64,000 bases of DNA. It comes from Cyanophora paradoxa CCMP329 (taxonomy: Eukaryota > Plantae > Glaucophyta). The notes below the pieces were generated by a model. It searched no databases, was not told the origin of the DNA, and was given only the letters and a program-made list of their open reading frames with translations. The stretch is from NCBI GenBank assembly GCA_004431415.1, contig QPMI01000593.1:1-64000 (forward strand), written 5' to 3'. Positions 11,931 to 24,539 of this stretch are shown here, in pieces. Position 1 is the first letter of the stretch; every line of letters starts with the position of its first letter. A program made the translations under genes and the position numbers.

Positions 11931-14900
11931 ATGCTGGCAATGGCGAAACGTCGGCGGCGGGCCGAGCTGCTGCTGCTCGCAGTCGTGCTCTCGGCCCTCG
12001 CTTCCGGCGTGCTCGCCCAAAACAAGACGCGAGTCCAAACCGTAAATCGGGTCGTTTCTCAGAAGATCGTGAACACCGATGGAACCGCCAGTAAGTTTCT
12101 GGAAAGGTGCCGATCGCGAGCCTCGCTCCATATGCATATCGATGCTGTCCGCGTTCACCGAGCGGGAGCCCGTGCGCAGCGAGGGAGGTCGCGCGGGCGC
12201 TGCTGGAGTTCTCTTCAAGGACGCCAAAGGGAAACGTGAGCAGCCGTATGCGCGGGCCGGGCTCCGCTCTGCCACAAAACCCGACCGTGCCGGGCCTTTA
12301 GCTAGCTTGCATGCGCAAATTGCAATTGACGCCGGATGGCCACACCAGATAAGATCTTCATTGCTGGAGGATACACGGCGACCAAAACTGCCCTGAAAAC
12401 CTTCCTTGTTTACGACATCGGTACGGCCCTTAAGTCGAAGCTGCAGCCAATCTCGAGGCGCTGGTGTTGCTCATAACCATATGCATGACGCGCGAGCAGA
12501 GTCGAACTCGTGGAGTCAGCCCTCGATTTCCCTGCCCGAGCCTTTCGTGTTCGGACAGGTTCGCTGATCATGATCCGATATTCGCTCACGCGCGGGCCGG
12601 GCGCGGCACGCGAGCGGCTCGGTTCGCTGATCATGACTATCTTCAGTGCACATGGGACGAAAAGGAAACCATCTACTGTGCTGGTCTGTTCATCTCTGCA
12701 ATCTCTCGACTCCGCAGTCACTGAGTCGCTCACGCGCCTGCATTGTTGCGCGTGTCAGGTGGGATCAAAGAGCCCTTCACTCCTGATTGGAACCTTGGTT
12801 TCGGCGAGCCGTTTGAGGAAGATCTCAAACAAGTATTTTTGAATGCATTCGGCGCGACCGAGGTTGCTGGCAGACATGTCAAGTTCGCGGACCCAAAAAG
12901 CGCGGCCAATGCACCCACGACCATGCGAACTCTCTACAGGTCCGTCATGTCTCCCCGCGTTTCTGAGATAGGTTTGTCGCTCACCGCCGCGAGCAGCATC
13001 CGCACCTCGCTCACAGAGGAGCCTAAGCGGCTACAAGACATTCCTGCAGGCTATGAGAGGGGGCTGGGCTGCATGACGTTCTATGGGGGCAAGGTTTGGC
13101 TATGGGCGGGTCGGCAGAACTGGCGCCGCAAGTACGATGGAGGTGCGTTAGCTAAAGCCTCCTCGATTTTCCCTTCGCTACCTCGCGATTGTGACCGTCC
13201 ATGCAGCCGACCAGCAGTGCTTTGGCCGAGCCGTCAACGGCCAGTTTGTTTTTGGCCAGGTACTCCCCTCCGGATCCAGCGCGATCGCGTGCTCGAGAGC
13301 TAGAGCTCGCTCTTTGAGTGGGGCGAATATTCATAAACTCCGACCGCAGGAGCCGGATGTGGAGGCCCCCACCACGAAATACCGCCTGAACAGCCTCATC
13401 GCGTGCGCGCGCGTCTCATCCTGCACGAGCCTCGGAGCTCTCGGCGGCTCTAGATCTAAAACCGGTCCAGATTCGACACGGCTGCCGGAGCTTCGGGGGC
13501 CTGGGAGGACTCCCCGGAATTCGTCGATACTGGCTCCTGCCTCGCCGAGCGGCGGGTGGAGGCCCCCGCCTGCACCCGCATCGGGTCCAAGTGGTACCTC
13601 CACTCTGGTGATGGTGAGTCTGCTCGGAGTCTAGCTCTAGGTCCCCACGATTGCGCCCGGAGAAGCAATTCGCAGGCAATGTGCCCAGAGTCCTCGCTGC
13701 GCGATATGGAATTCGATTGGCCGATGGAAGAATAGCCGGTAACCAAGACATTTTCACGGCGCCGCAGCCCGAGTCACGCTCTCTGATGTGAGTTCTTCGT
13801 CGATCAGCGTTTTCTATAGAACAAAATAACGCTCGAACCCGCTCGCGACAGGTATGTCGACCTTGAGCCGACAACCAAGGGCCGAAGCCGCCCAGTGGAG
13901 ATAGATGACGTCGGCGACAAGGCGAGCTGGGGGCACCAGGTGAAGCGCATTCATATTCGAGTTCGCCCCGCGCTGCTGGCGCGCAACCAGCCGACCGGCT
14001 TGGACGTTAGATGGTTGCATGCAAGAACCGGCTTTTCATTTTCACCAACGATTCGAACGTGTACATGGCGCTTCCTGGCGGTCCGTGCCCCAAGTTTACC
14101 GTCTCTAGCTTCCCTTGATCATGAGAGTCCTCTTGAATGCATGCAGAGAGTCCTTTAAGACCCAGATATAAGAATTTCCCGGACGGAGCCGCCCTCACAG
14201 CTGCTCGGGCCTGGAGATACGATGAAACGAAGCACCCGTCATTGGTTCGCAAATTTCCTCATCTGCAGCTGCATGCGATTTTGCTGAAAGCATTCCGCAG
14301 ACATATCCTCAAAAACAATTTCAGCCCTCTGTCAACACGAAGATTCAGGCATCTTTTTCCGTGTACGGATCCGGTGCGGATCCGTACACGCTCGCGATCG
14401 ATCGTCCTCGAGCTCGGCATCGGGTCTAAATGACTGACCACACCCGCAGTTGATCGGGAGGACGGAGGCTGGTTAGCTGCCTTCCCGTCCCTCAGAAGAA
14501 ATCTGTGGCGCAGCGGGCCGCCCTGAATTGTTTTGGCGCACAGCACCGCGTATATCGCCACGGGACTCATCGATGGCCAAAACCCGACCCTTGACGTCAT
14601 TGCTGTCAATAGTTCGTCTAGCGTTCACCGCGTGCACGCGGACGGGCACCTGACCTTCTCTTTTTACGCCTGCAGTCACCACGTCGATGGGCGCGCCAGG
14701 TATTCCAGTCCCGCGTGGGGGCGACTGGGAGAAATCGCTATACAACGGACTATCTGCCGAGGGCCTGACGCTGAGGTGGGCGCCGCCACTGTATTCTCTC
14801 GGGTCCATCAAGAAGTACATCCTAAAGGGGGTCAGTACAATTTCGAGAGGGCTCGGCGAAAGATACACACGCACAATGACTGATGCCTTCTTTTTCTGTG

Positions 14901-16399
14901 GTGCAGTTTCATATACTCCATATCACAAAGCCCTTCCCTATTCCCCGCTCGAAGAACTTTACGGCACGCAGTTGACACCGTTTATATTTGCTTTAAGAGC
15001 GGATCTAAATGACCTGCCACCGTGGCACTTCTCGTGCGCGCAGATCGAAACGGGCAAGGACAAAACTTGGGCCGTCATTCCGCCAAGGAATCTGCTGCTC
15101 CAGGCGTATATGGGAATTCAAGTCGTTGCTCAGTACGAGGATGGCACAGAAGTGCCATCTGACGGAATGTACATCTCTGGGTTGGCCGCGAAGGGTTCGC
15201 GGGCCTCTCTCGTTGCTTGCGCTGCCTGCACCCGGCCCCTCGCATTGATAGCCCTCGTGCTTGCGCCAGTCGTCCGAAGCCGGTGGCCTGTGGAGTGGAA
15301 GGACGCTACAGAGATATTCTACCCCAGGCGCCCAAGCGGCCGCACCTTGCTTCAAATTGAGGAAGCGCGCGCAACGACACTCGCTTCTGTAAACGCAGGA
15401 GCATCGTTCAGCTCTAGTATTATCGCCAACAAGAGCACCGCCATCATTTTCACGTCCGCCCCTCCGATCGCGAGCCGCGCCCGGCGGCCTGCTTTACCCT
15501 AGATCTGCGAGGCCTTATATCGCTTGCGGCAGGGCGGAGAGCGACGGAGACGCGGAATGCTCGATTGCAAATGACGAGGCGGCCCTGAAGAGAATCAGAG
15601 AAGGTGGGCCGTGCTGTTGCTTCAGGATGCGGCGCTCCTTGATGATAATCTGACATTGACCGCGACGCGGCGGCGCTGGGTAGACTTCGCGAACAACGTC
15701 GGTGTTGCACAGGAGCGGGTCGTGGTAATCTCGTCGAGCTGCGAGGATATGTACGGCTTGGACGAAGATGCCGTGCCAGAGTCTACCGACGAGTCGAGGC
15801 GGCGGCGGCTTCTGCAAGATCAGGTGGATGCGCAAGTGACGGGTGTGTTTCGGACGTGCGCAGCGACTCGGATCATTCGATGTTGTTGTGACGCGTACGC
15901 GTGCACGTGGCAGGCATCGTCGGCGTCGCCCTCGGCGTCGATACGGACGGTCCGCCATTTGCAATACCGACCAGACTATGATTTGCGATCTGAGACGCTT
16001 CTCGCGATCGGCAGGCCTCATGCCTATGGATATCGCAACTGCTATCGCCACGATCGATGACCTTGGATTCGCGGGCGTGCAGCTCGGCCCTCTGTCCCTC
16101 GACCCCACCAACTCGGCCATCACCCAGATCCCGCCCGGGTAAAATCAAAGATCTAGATCTAGATCTAGATGTCCGAAATGGGAGTTCCTAAAGCTGCGTC
16201 GCGCAGGTACGAGAGCGCCGACGATGATAACTGGCTGGATGCAGTCAAGAACGTAACGAACAAGGCTGCGGCCACCTTCGGCTACCCGGCCCCGGGGCTC
16301 CGCTCCTCGGCGCCGGCGCCCGCCCGCCGCTCCTGTTTGCAGCTGATCGCCTCGATCGCGCTCGCCGTCTGCATCGCGTACGGTCGCGGGCTTTTCTAG
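11931..16399 (+). CDS. Secreted/cell-surface kelch-repeat protein with a probable C-terminal GPI or membrane anchor; >20 exons
   Basis: Signal peptide MLAMAKRRRRAELLLLAVVLSALASGVLA. Kelch-like segments KIFIAGGYTATKTALKTFLVYDI|xESNSW, ETIYCAG|GIK, GGKVWLWAG and GSKWYLHSG. An RRRRLLQ processing-type motif near 15800. Hydrophobic C-terminus LIASIALAVCIAYGRGLF* at 16399. Confidence 0.65.
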
Positions 16400-16583
16400 T
16401 AGTAGGCCTAGGGGCCCGTCGCGGCGCGCCGCGGCGCCTGCACTACTGATCTACCCGGATAAATTCGGTCGCAATGTACCGCTTTCGTTCAATTTCGTTT
16501 TGCACTTTCGATCGAGCCAATTGCAATTCCATGGCCTGAATGTCTAAATACAATTCATGACAAGCAGGGGGGCAAGCCCCCCC

Positions 16584-16614
<31 letters not shown>

Positions 16615-16859
16615 ATTAAATAATTTGTTTTTGATGTCTTCTGACTCAGTGGTATCGATGCATGTGCTGAGTAATTAATTGGAAACGGTATAAGTATTGG
16701 CCGCCCATTAATATTCGTATCGGCCGGCAGGCCCAGCCGGGGGCGGGCGGGGTCCGGGGGGCCGGGATTCCCTATCGGGCCTCGGTCCTCGCGGGCCCGG
16801 GGGGAAAGCCGAAAAATTCAGTGCCAGGGAATCCGGGCCGGGGCGCGCCGCGCCGCGGC

Positions 16860-17392
16860 GAACTGCATGCGGTTGAAAATGCGACGTTGACGCGTCGCGT
16901 TGCTGGTAGCCGTCGTGGATTCTGGTAGCGCCGAAGGCAAGTCGTTCAACATTCCCGCGAGCTCGAGCGGCTCTCCTTCTCCGTACGTAATACAGCGCGC
17001 GCAAAAGCGTCTCGAACGCGTCGGGGTCCGCGGGGACAGCAATCTCGACGGGCTGGTGTCACGAAAGGCGAGCATCCTAGGCCTATCCAATAGGCGCGGC
17101 GTCTCAGCCGGAACGTCTCAGACTAGCTCGGAAGGCGTAGCCGGAACGTCTCAGACTAGCTCGGCGCCGGATTTGGCTAGGGACCGGAATCACCCCTGCC
17201 GTAACACTGGGGAGAGCCGATCGAGAGCGGCGGGCGGCCCCCGCCGCGCCAGTGGTCGGAGAGGAGCGCGTCGAAGAAGGAGGCGCGGCGGAGGATCTCC
17301 GAGTCGAGGAAGTAGCGGCGCCCGCCGCCCGCAAGCTCCACGTCCGCGTGCCGCGCGTTGTTGAAGCTTAAATAGCGGCTCCGGATCCCCAT
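16860..17392 (-). pseudogene. BTB/POZ-domain pseudogene
   Basis: MGIRSRYLSFNNARHADVELAGGGRRYFLDSEILRRASFFDALLSDHW ... QPVEIAVPADPDAFETLLRALYY(fs)GEGEPLEL. It is frameshifted by a 4 bp GTAC insertion (16983-16986) and also contains a 26 bp direct repeat (17106-17131, 17139-17164). Confidence 0.7.
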
Positions 17393-19374
17393 CGGCGCGC
17401 GCTGCGATCGATCGCACGTTAACTTAGTAGTAGCTTGAAATGTGCGATCGCGCCTACGATAATTATATAAACTTACCCCGGCAGTTACCTTGGGAAGTCT
17501 CTCAGGGTCTGCGCCTGAAATTGAATTGCGCGCCTTTTCCGGATCCCCTGAATGCATCTCTGCCAGGTTGGATCCCTTCCAAAATAATCCCTCAAGCTTC
17601 GTCGACGTCCCCTGAAATTATCTCAGGATCCCTTCCGAATTTTCGAGCTCTCGAGCTCGTGATCAGTCTCTGAGCTCTAGTCTCTGAGAGGCTATATAGC
17701 TATATAGCTAGGGCTCGCAGTTCCTCGCGGAGTCCGCTTTGCAGCGACGTCGACCGGTCGCAGCGCCCGCGCGTGCACGCGACTCCGAAATAAGATCTAG
17801 AACGCGTGCGGATGGCGAGTGGTGCAGCGGCGCTTCGAATTCGGCAAAGCGAGGGCGCCCCCGCGCGCCCCGCGATATTTCAACAGCCGGCGGTTTCAAC
17901 AGCCGCGAAAGACATAAGCGCGCAGCCGAGCTTGCGCTTCAATCATCCGGAGAAGGTGCGGCCGATGAATATATTTGACCGGCGCAATAATCTGCTCTCC
18001 TTCAGGAGGCGGTGCTCTCGGCGGTCACCGAAGCCTGCGACTGCTTAAACGATGTCCACCAAGTGCGCATTTGCGCAATATTCAATTTGCGATTGCAAGC
18101 AGGTTGATTATTGCGCCGATCGCGAGCTCCAACCTGCGAGCTTCATGCATGTCAGCGAGTGATCAGCTGATCAGAAAGCGCTGATCACCCCGGTTGGCGG
18201 GGCTCGGCCGCGCAGTTGTTCTTGTACGAGTTCTGCCGCGCGAGGGAGTTTCTCCTGGCTGCCCCGCCGTCTGTCCTCGAGGGCTTCGAGCGGCTGCAGC
18301 GCTCCGCGAAGGCGCGCAGCTATGACGCGCTGCCGACCGTTATTCGAATTATATAAAACGTATCTGGTGCAGGAAGTCACGAATGAGCTCATAGATCTTT
18401 TCGAACGCTTGAACGACGCAGGCGGAGTGAAGTTCGCGGTGATCATGAGTCCGATCCGCTGTTGCAAAAGTTGAACAAATTTAATAAAAAGCTATAGCTA
18501 ACTTCAACGTCAGGAACCTGAGGTGTGGTCGAAGCTCGCGGTGGCAAGCCGCTCCCTGCGCTCCCGCATCGGCGCTGCCCGAAAAGCGACAAGGGTGCAC
18601 TGAAAACGCTGAATTCGAAGATTGATTTTCTTCTTTTCTTATCCGCGATTTCTGATTCTTTGATTTGCGTTCAGGCCGCGGCGGCCCTTCTTCCTGTATC
18701 GAGCCCCCCGGCGGCCTGATACTTATTTAATTTGTTCTGTCTCTTTTGCGTGGTATACGTAGCTTGACTCGAAAATGCCATGTTTCAATTCAGATCACAT
18801 TGCTAGCAATATCAATAGAAAAGCTATCACACGCGTACGCACAAGAGCGGCCGCGCATTGATCTAAAAAGGGAAGGGCCGCCTGATATGCTGCTGCACGG
18901 CTGCTGACCATGTGCGCGGAGGGAGCTGCAAACTTGATGTGCGGTTCGATGCCCATGCTTGCAATCGACCTGCAAGAGTCGATCGATGTCGACGTCGCGG
19001 GCCGCTCTCGATCGAATTCTCTCTCCCGGCCCCTTCCGAGTTCGAATTTCCCGGCGCGGCCCGCGGCCGCTAGCTGCAATTTCTTTCGATCCTATATAGG
19101 CCCTTTCTTAAATTCTCAGCTAGCAATTCTCGATCTATATCAATTTTCGATCTCTAGCGTTCTCGATCTATATCAATTTTCCCTCGAGCTGTTTCGAACT
19201 CCTTCAGCTTCTCACCTCTAGATCTCTTCTCATCCCCTCACCTCTCCCTCCTTCTCCCCCCCCCCTTCTCCCCCCCCCCCCCCCCCCCCCAAGGCCAACC
19301 TCCGCTTCCTCGGCCGCCCGCCGACCGGGCATGGAATTCGCAGATCAAATTGTGGTTCACTATCGGTGACGCGA

Positions 19375-20236
19375 TTAAACCTGAAGGCGCCGGCGGATGA
19401 AGAAGGTGCCGGAGCCGTCGACGAGGGCGGCGTCGGAGGCCCAGCTGAACGTCCTGTGCCACTCCTGCGCCCCGACCCGCCCCGGTGAGCGGCCGAGATT
19501 CAGCGATTTCGAAGGTAATTCTGGCGCGCACGGCGGCGTGCTCCGGGGTCGGCGGCGCGTGCTGCATCGCGAAGCTCGAGAGCACGATCTGCGGGCGCGG
19601 GCGCGCAAAATCAAATTTAAGCCACGGCCTGCTCCCCGAGGCTCTGCTGGGGCGCGCCTCGAAGTCGGAGTTGAAGGCGAGGAAGGCCTGGAGGACGTAC
19701 TGCTCGTTCGTGAAGAAGTGGTCCCGCACCCACCGCTCTGCGCCCCGCCCCGCGGAGTCGGGAGCCGGGCCCGGCCGGGGACGGCAGCGGAGGGCCGATG
19801 CGCACCGGGGTAGTGGAAGGGCAGGAAGATGTCTGCGCGGGGGCGCCGCGCCGGTCACGGTCACGGCCGCTGGCCCAGCGAGTCGGGCGGGTCGGAGCCC
19901 GCGGGGACGCACCGTGGAAGCCGATGATGACGCCGGGCTTCAGCCGCGGCAGCACGTCGTTCATCAGGTGCCTGCCTCGCCCCGGGCCCGCCCCGCCCCG
20001 GTCAGAGGAGGATTTTCGCGGACGTATTTCGCGCCCTCTGAATTTCGCGCGCCGGACGTCGGAGTCGATGTGGAGGAAGTGGGAGCAGTCGATGAAGAGG
20101 AGGTCGCCCGCCCGCAGGAACTGCCCCGGCCCCCGCCCTCGGGCCCCGCGCGCCGGGGCGGGGCGGGGCTGCAGCTGGGCGGGGCGGGGCGGCGCGGGCG
20201 CACGTCGGCGTACTCCTCGGGGGCGACGCGCTGCGC
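19375..20236 (-). pseudogene. Methyltransferase 3'-half duplicate (copy in T4), introns retained
   Basis: Near-identical to 30176-31042. It lacks the 5' exons, including motif I. Confidence 0.9.
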
Positions 20237-21247
20237 TGCTGCGTATGCTGGACTGCGCAATCTAGGCCCAAGCTCTAATTTATATATAATATAATTAGCA
20301 CAAGTACGAAAACCCGGAGAATTCCGAAACTTCCAGCTGCAGCCAAGAGCGTTCAATTGCATTTGCAAATTAAACAGCTCACAGGTATATGTATGCATAT
20401 ATACAGTGGACGTGTACCAGTGTGGTACGAGCTCAATCAGTAATCGCACTTGCCGCAGTAACCGCATTCCGCATCGCAGGCTGTGTAGTCCGGCTCCGGC
20501 TCCGGATTCCATGGCTCGCAATCGGAATCCTTTAAAACACAAGCAGGGGGGCAAGCCCCCCCGCACCCCCCCATTAACTGATGATCGATATCATGACCGT
20601 CGGACATAGCTATAGCGATCGCACGCGAATTCGAAAGAAACTTACACGCAGAAATGAATTTTTTCGCGATCTGGAATTTGAAGCATGTATACGTAGATCT
20701 AGATCTGCAGCTGAACTTCAATCCAATCGAGAAACGCGCAGCGTTGACGTCAGCGCCATACGCGTCGCGTCGGCCGCGCCGACCTCGATCTAGACTCTCA
20801 GATCTTGAGCTTCGGAAGCGGAGCTATAAGATCTAGCGATAGATCGGAACTGTTACAATTAGCTATTATATATTTCGAATCTTGCGCAGTTTGCCAGAAC
20901 GACGGACGTTTTCAGGACAAAAGAATTCGAATAATCTTCGCGGCCGCCGGGCACTTCACGATCCGGAGCGGGTGCTTATAAGCAGCGGCTTCGACAAAAT
21001 CAGGATCACTGCTTTCGCGATCGCAATCGCTGCGTTGACTTCGAATTCACCTGCTGATGCGCCGCAGTGCTCCGTCTGCACAAGCATGCGCAGCAGCGCT
21101 AGCTACATCAGCCTACATGCGCAGCAGCACTAGTATGTACGCGGTTGCTAATATAAGCGCAACTGCAGCAACGACAGCTGCTGCTGCTGCTCATGAATCA
21201 TGATCAGCGGGCCTGCAGCTAGCTATAGACGTCGACTGCAGTGTGTT

Positions 21248-21328
21248 TCGGTTACTTTCCGTTACTTTTCGCTATCCGCCACTTACGCTGTCCGTTACTT
21301 TCCGTTACTTCCGTTATCTGCCACTTTC
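21248..21328. repeat. Cluster of TTCCGTTACT-like repeats
   Basis: About five copies of (t)tccgttac(t) plus two atc[c/t]gccactt units. Confidence 0.6.
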
Positions 21329-22234
21329 CATGCACGCCACTGGCCAGCTTAAACTGCTGGGAAAAACTCGACTCACGCGACAGTCGCGCGGCTCGCGCCA
21401 CGCCGTGACGTCGACGGCGCCGCGTGGCGGCGGCCACGGCCAGCGCGCGCCGCAGCGCCGCTGCGCGCGCGGCGCTACCGGTACCCGCGGTGACACACTG
21501 TGACACGTCAACCTGAGTGAAGGAAAATCCGGTACGTCCGATCGGATCGAACTGGTAGTAGTAGTCTGGTACTGGCGAAGGCCGAGGGGTACCGGATCGT
21601 CGATCGGATCGATTCGATTTTAATTTGTTTTATAGAAGTTGCCCGACAGCTCACTGAAAGAGTCCTAGTCAAAGTCGACGTCGCGGCCCGGGCTCGCGAT
21701 TGCGACGTCGCGATCGGCTCAATCGTTTGAATTTGCGAGCACGTGCACGTATACGTACCGTAGTACTACGATCGCGTCCGCAGTTGACTCCGCACGCATT
21801 TGGCGCGCACTACGACTGCGAATCCATGTGGCATGCATTAAATTTCTTTAAAACCCAAACTGGAACCGGTTTTCGATCGATCGATTTCGATCCGCGCGCG
21901 GCTGGGCAAAATTAAAATTGCGGTTTTTAATTAAATTAACGTGCTGACATTTTGAGTTTAGTTTCACTTGGGGTAATGTGTCTGGCGTTATCGCAGCAGA
22001 TTTTCGAGAATAAGCGCGGTACCTAACTGTAAATCTGAAGTCAAAATTTAATTTGTGATTCTGATGTAATTTACGTTATGCCACACTGTGTTCTCATATG
22101 CGTTGACACAACCCTAAGGTAAGTTTTCTGACCTCAATCAAACTACCGAGGATTTTTGGCTCGGCCGTCCCGTGAAGACTGAGTTTTTTTACGGGTGTCC
22201 GCATGCGTCATAAGTAATAAGTTATAACTGAGTA

Positions 22235-23223
22235 TTTGCCCCGAATCGTTAGAGAAAAGCGATCACGATTAAAATCGATTAAGCTTAAGTATAATCAATT
22301 TGATTACTCACCAGGTTTCCACTGCCTTCAGTCCATCGCTTTTGGCCGAGTCGTGTGATGTGCTTCTTTAACTCTTCGATCGATTGCAGCTGTCGCCCGT
22401 CGATTTCATCTATCTTGATCATGATTACTCTGAGTATCGAAGCTGCATATTTCTCTGCCCATGCTACCCGAGGCAGGCGCATCTGCTCACAAATAGAATC
22501 GTCAGCTCATGATCATGATCACTGATCATGAGTCACCAGTGAGGATCAGTGAGAGGACATCGGCAGTACCTCATGCCAGCGTTCGTAATCTTCAATGCAG
22601 AGATCTTCCGCTTCTTGGAAAACCAGCATATCTGGGAGAACAAGCTGGAGCATGCCATGATGTAGAGTATCGATTCCAATGCAATTGTCTGTGCAAGCTC
22701 ATCAGAAGATCATTATAATCAAATCTAATGACCATTAATATTGAATGAATAAGAGGATCGGCATCGAATATTTGGGCACCTTCTGCCCTTTAACGATGAA
22801 CTCTTCGCTTTTGTTTTTCGTGATATCAAAATATTTAACGGCGCCCTCCCACAAGCGACAGATCGGTGAGGATGGAGCGAAGGCCTCAACCTCGTTGGGC
22901 AGGACGATCAACTGAGAGCAGTTGTATCGCCTCTCCACTCCCGGCTCAATATCCTTGAAAAGGACGATGCGCGCTGATTTCAGCGCGTTTTCGAACTTCG
23001 AGCTCTCCTCGCCTACATATTTTGAGACGAGAGACGGGAGACGCTGGAAAAGCGCCGCCATCGCCTCCTCCGAGGAAGGCGAGATGCGCTGAAATCCATC
23101 ACGCTGCACAAGAGCGGCCGCGCATTGATCTAAAAAGGGAAGGGCCGCCTGATATGCTGCTGCACGGCTGCTGACCATGTGCGCGGAGGGAGCTGCAAAC
23201 TTGATGTGCGGTTCGATGCCCAT
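22235..23223 (-). pseudogene. Unknown intron-containing 'gene X' fragment (also at 25521-26489 and 28786-29753; 5' piece at 18839-18956)
   Basis: ORF MGIEPHIKFAAPSAHMVS...QRDGFQRISPSSEEAMAALFQRLPSLV...MPILLFIQY*, then exon-like ELAQTIALES... and EQMRLPRVAWAEKY...GNL|GTGAGT. It carries an in-frame stop and indels. No family recognised. Confidence 0.45.
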
Positions 23224-23646
23224 GCTTGCAATCGACCTGCAAGAGTCGATCGATGTCGACGTCGCGGGCCGCTCTCGATCGAATTCTCTCTCCCGGCCCC
23301 TTCCGAGTTCGAATTTCCCGGCGCGGCCCGCGGCCGCTAGCTGCAATTTCTTTCGATCCTATATAGGCCCTTTCTTAAATTCTCAGCTAGCAATTCTCGA
23401 TCTATATCAATTTTCGATCTCTAGCGTTCTCGATCTATATCAATTTTCCCTCGAGCTGTTTTCGAACTCCTTCAGCTTCTCACCTCTAGATCTCTTCTCA
23501 TCCCCTCACCTCTCCCTCCTTCTCCCCCCCCCTCTTCTCACCCCCCCTCCCCCCCCCTCCCCAAGGCCAACCTCCGCTTCCTCGGCCGCCCGCCGACCGG
23601 GCATGGAATTCGCAGATCAAATTGTGGTTCACTATCGGTGACGCGA

Positions 23647-24512
23647 TTAAACCTGAAGGCGCCGGCGGATGAAGAAGGTGCCGGAGCCGTCGACGAGGGC
23701 GGCGTCGGAGGCCCAGCTGAACGTCCTGTGCCACTCCTGCGCCCCGACCCGCCCCGGTGAGCGGCCGAGATTCAGCGATTTCGAAGGTAATTCTGGCGCG
23801 CACGGCGGCGTGCTCCGGGGTCGGCGGCGCGTGCTGCATCGCGAAGCTCGAGAGCACGATCTGCGGGCGCGGGCGCGCAAAATCAAATTTAAGCCACGGC
23901 CTGCTCCCCGGGGCTCTGCTGGGGCGCGCCTCGAAGTCGGAGTTGAAGGCGAGGAAGGCCTGGAGGACGTACTGCTCGTTCGTGAAGAAGTGGTCCCGCA
24001 CCCACCGCTCTGCGCCCCGCCCCGCGGAGTCGGGAGCCGGGCCCGGCCGGGGACGGCAGCGGAGGGCCGATGCGCACCGGGGTAGTGGAAGGGCAGGAAG
24101 ATGTCTGCGCGGGGGCGCCGCGCCGGTCACGGTCACGGCCGCTGGCCCAGCGATCGCGAGTCGGGCGGGTCGGAGCCCGCGGGGACGCACCGTGGAAGCC
24201 GATGATGACGCCGGGCTTCAGCCGCGGCAGCACGTCGTTCATCAGGTGCCTGCCTCGCCCCGGGCCCGCCCCGCCCCGGTCAGAGGAGGATTTTCGCGGA
24301 CGTATTTCGCGCCCTCTGAATTTCGCGCGCCGGACGTCGGAGTCGATGTGGAGGAAGTGGGAGCAGTCGATGAAGAGGAGGTCGCCCGCCCGCAGGAACT
24401 GCCCGGCCCCCGCCCTCGGGCCCCGCGCGCCGGGGCGGGGCGGGGCTGCAGCTGGGCGGGGCGGGGCGGCGCGGGCGCACGTCGGCGTACTCCTCGGGGC
24501 GACGCGCTGCGC
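23647..24512 (-). pseudogene. Methyltransferase 3'-half duplicate (copy in T3)
   Basis: Near-identical to 30176-31042. Confidence 0.9.
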
Positions 24513-24539
24513 TGCTGCGTATGCTGGACTGCGCAATCT

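Larger units (their letters stand above)
16561..20539 (-). mobile_element. Helitron-like non-autonomous composite unit T4 (5' segment E, linker J, MTase 3' half, gene fragments, BTB pseudogene, 3' hairpin-CTTG)
   Basis: On the - strand it starts TGTTTTAAAGG (20539) and ends GGGGGGC-TT-GCCCCCC-TG-CTTG|T (16561|16560). No RepHel ORF is in the window. Confidence 0.5.

Noticed and set aside
17950-18780. Exon-like minus-strand pieces (e.g. VQAFEKIYELIRDFLHQ)
   Set aside because: They are interrupted by stops and match no family I recognise. Probably decayed cargo, but not supportable as a feature.
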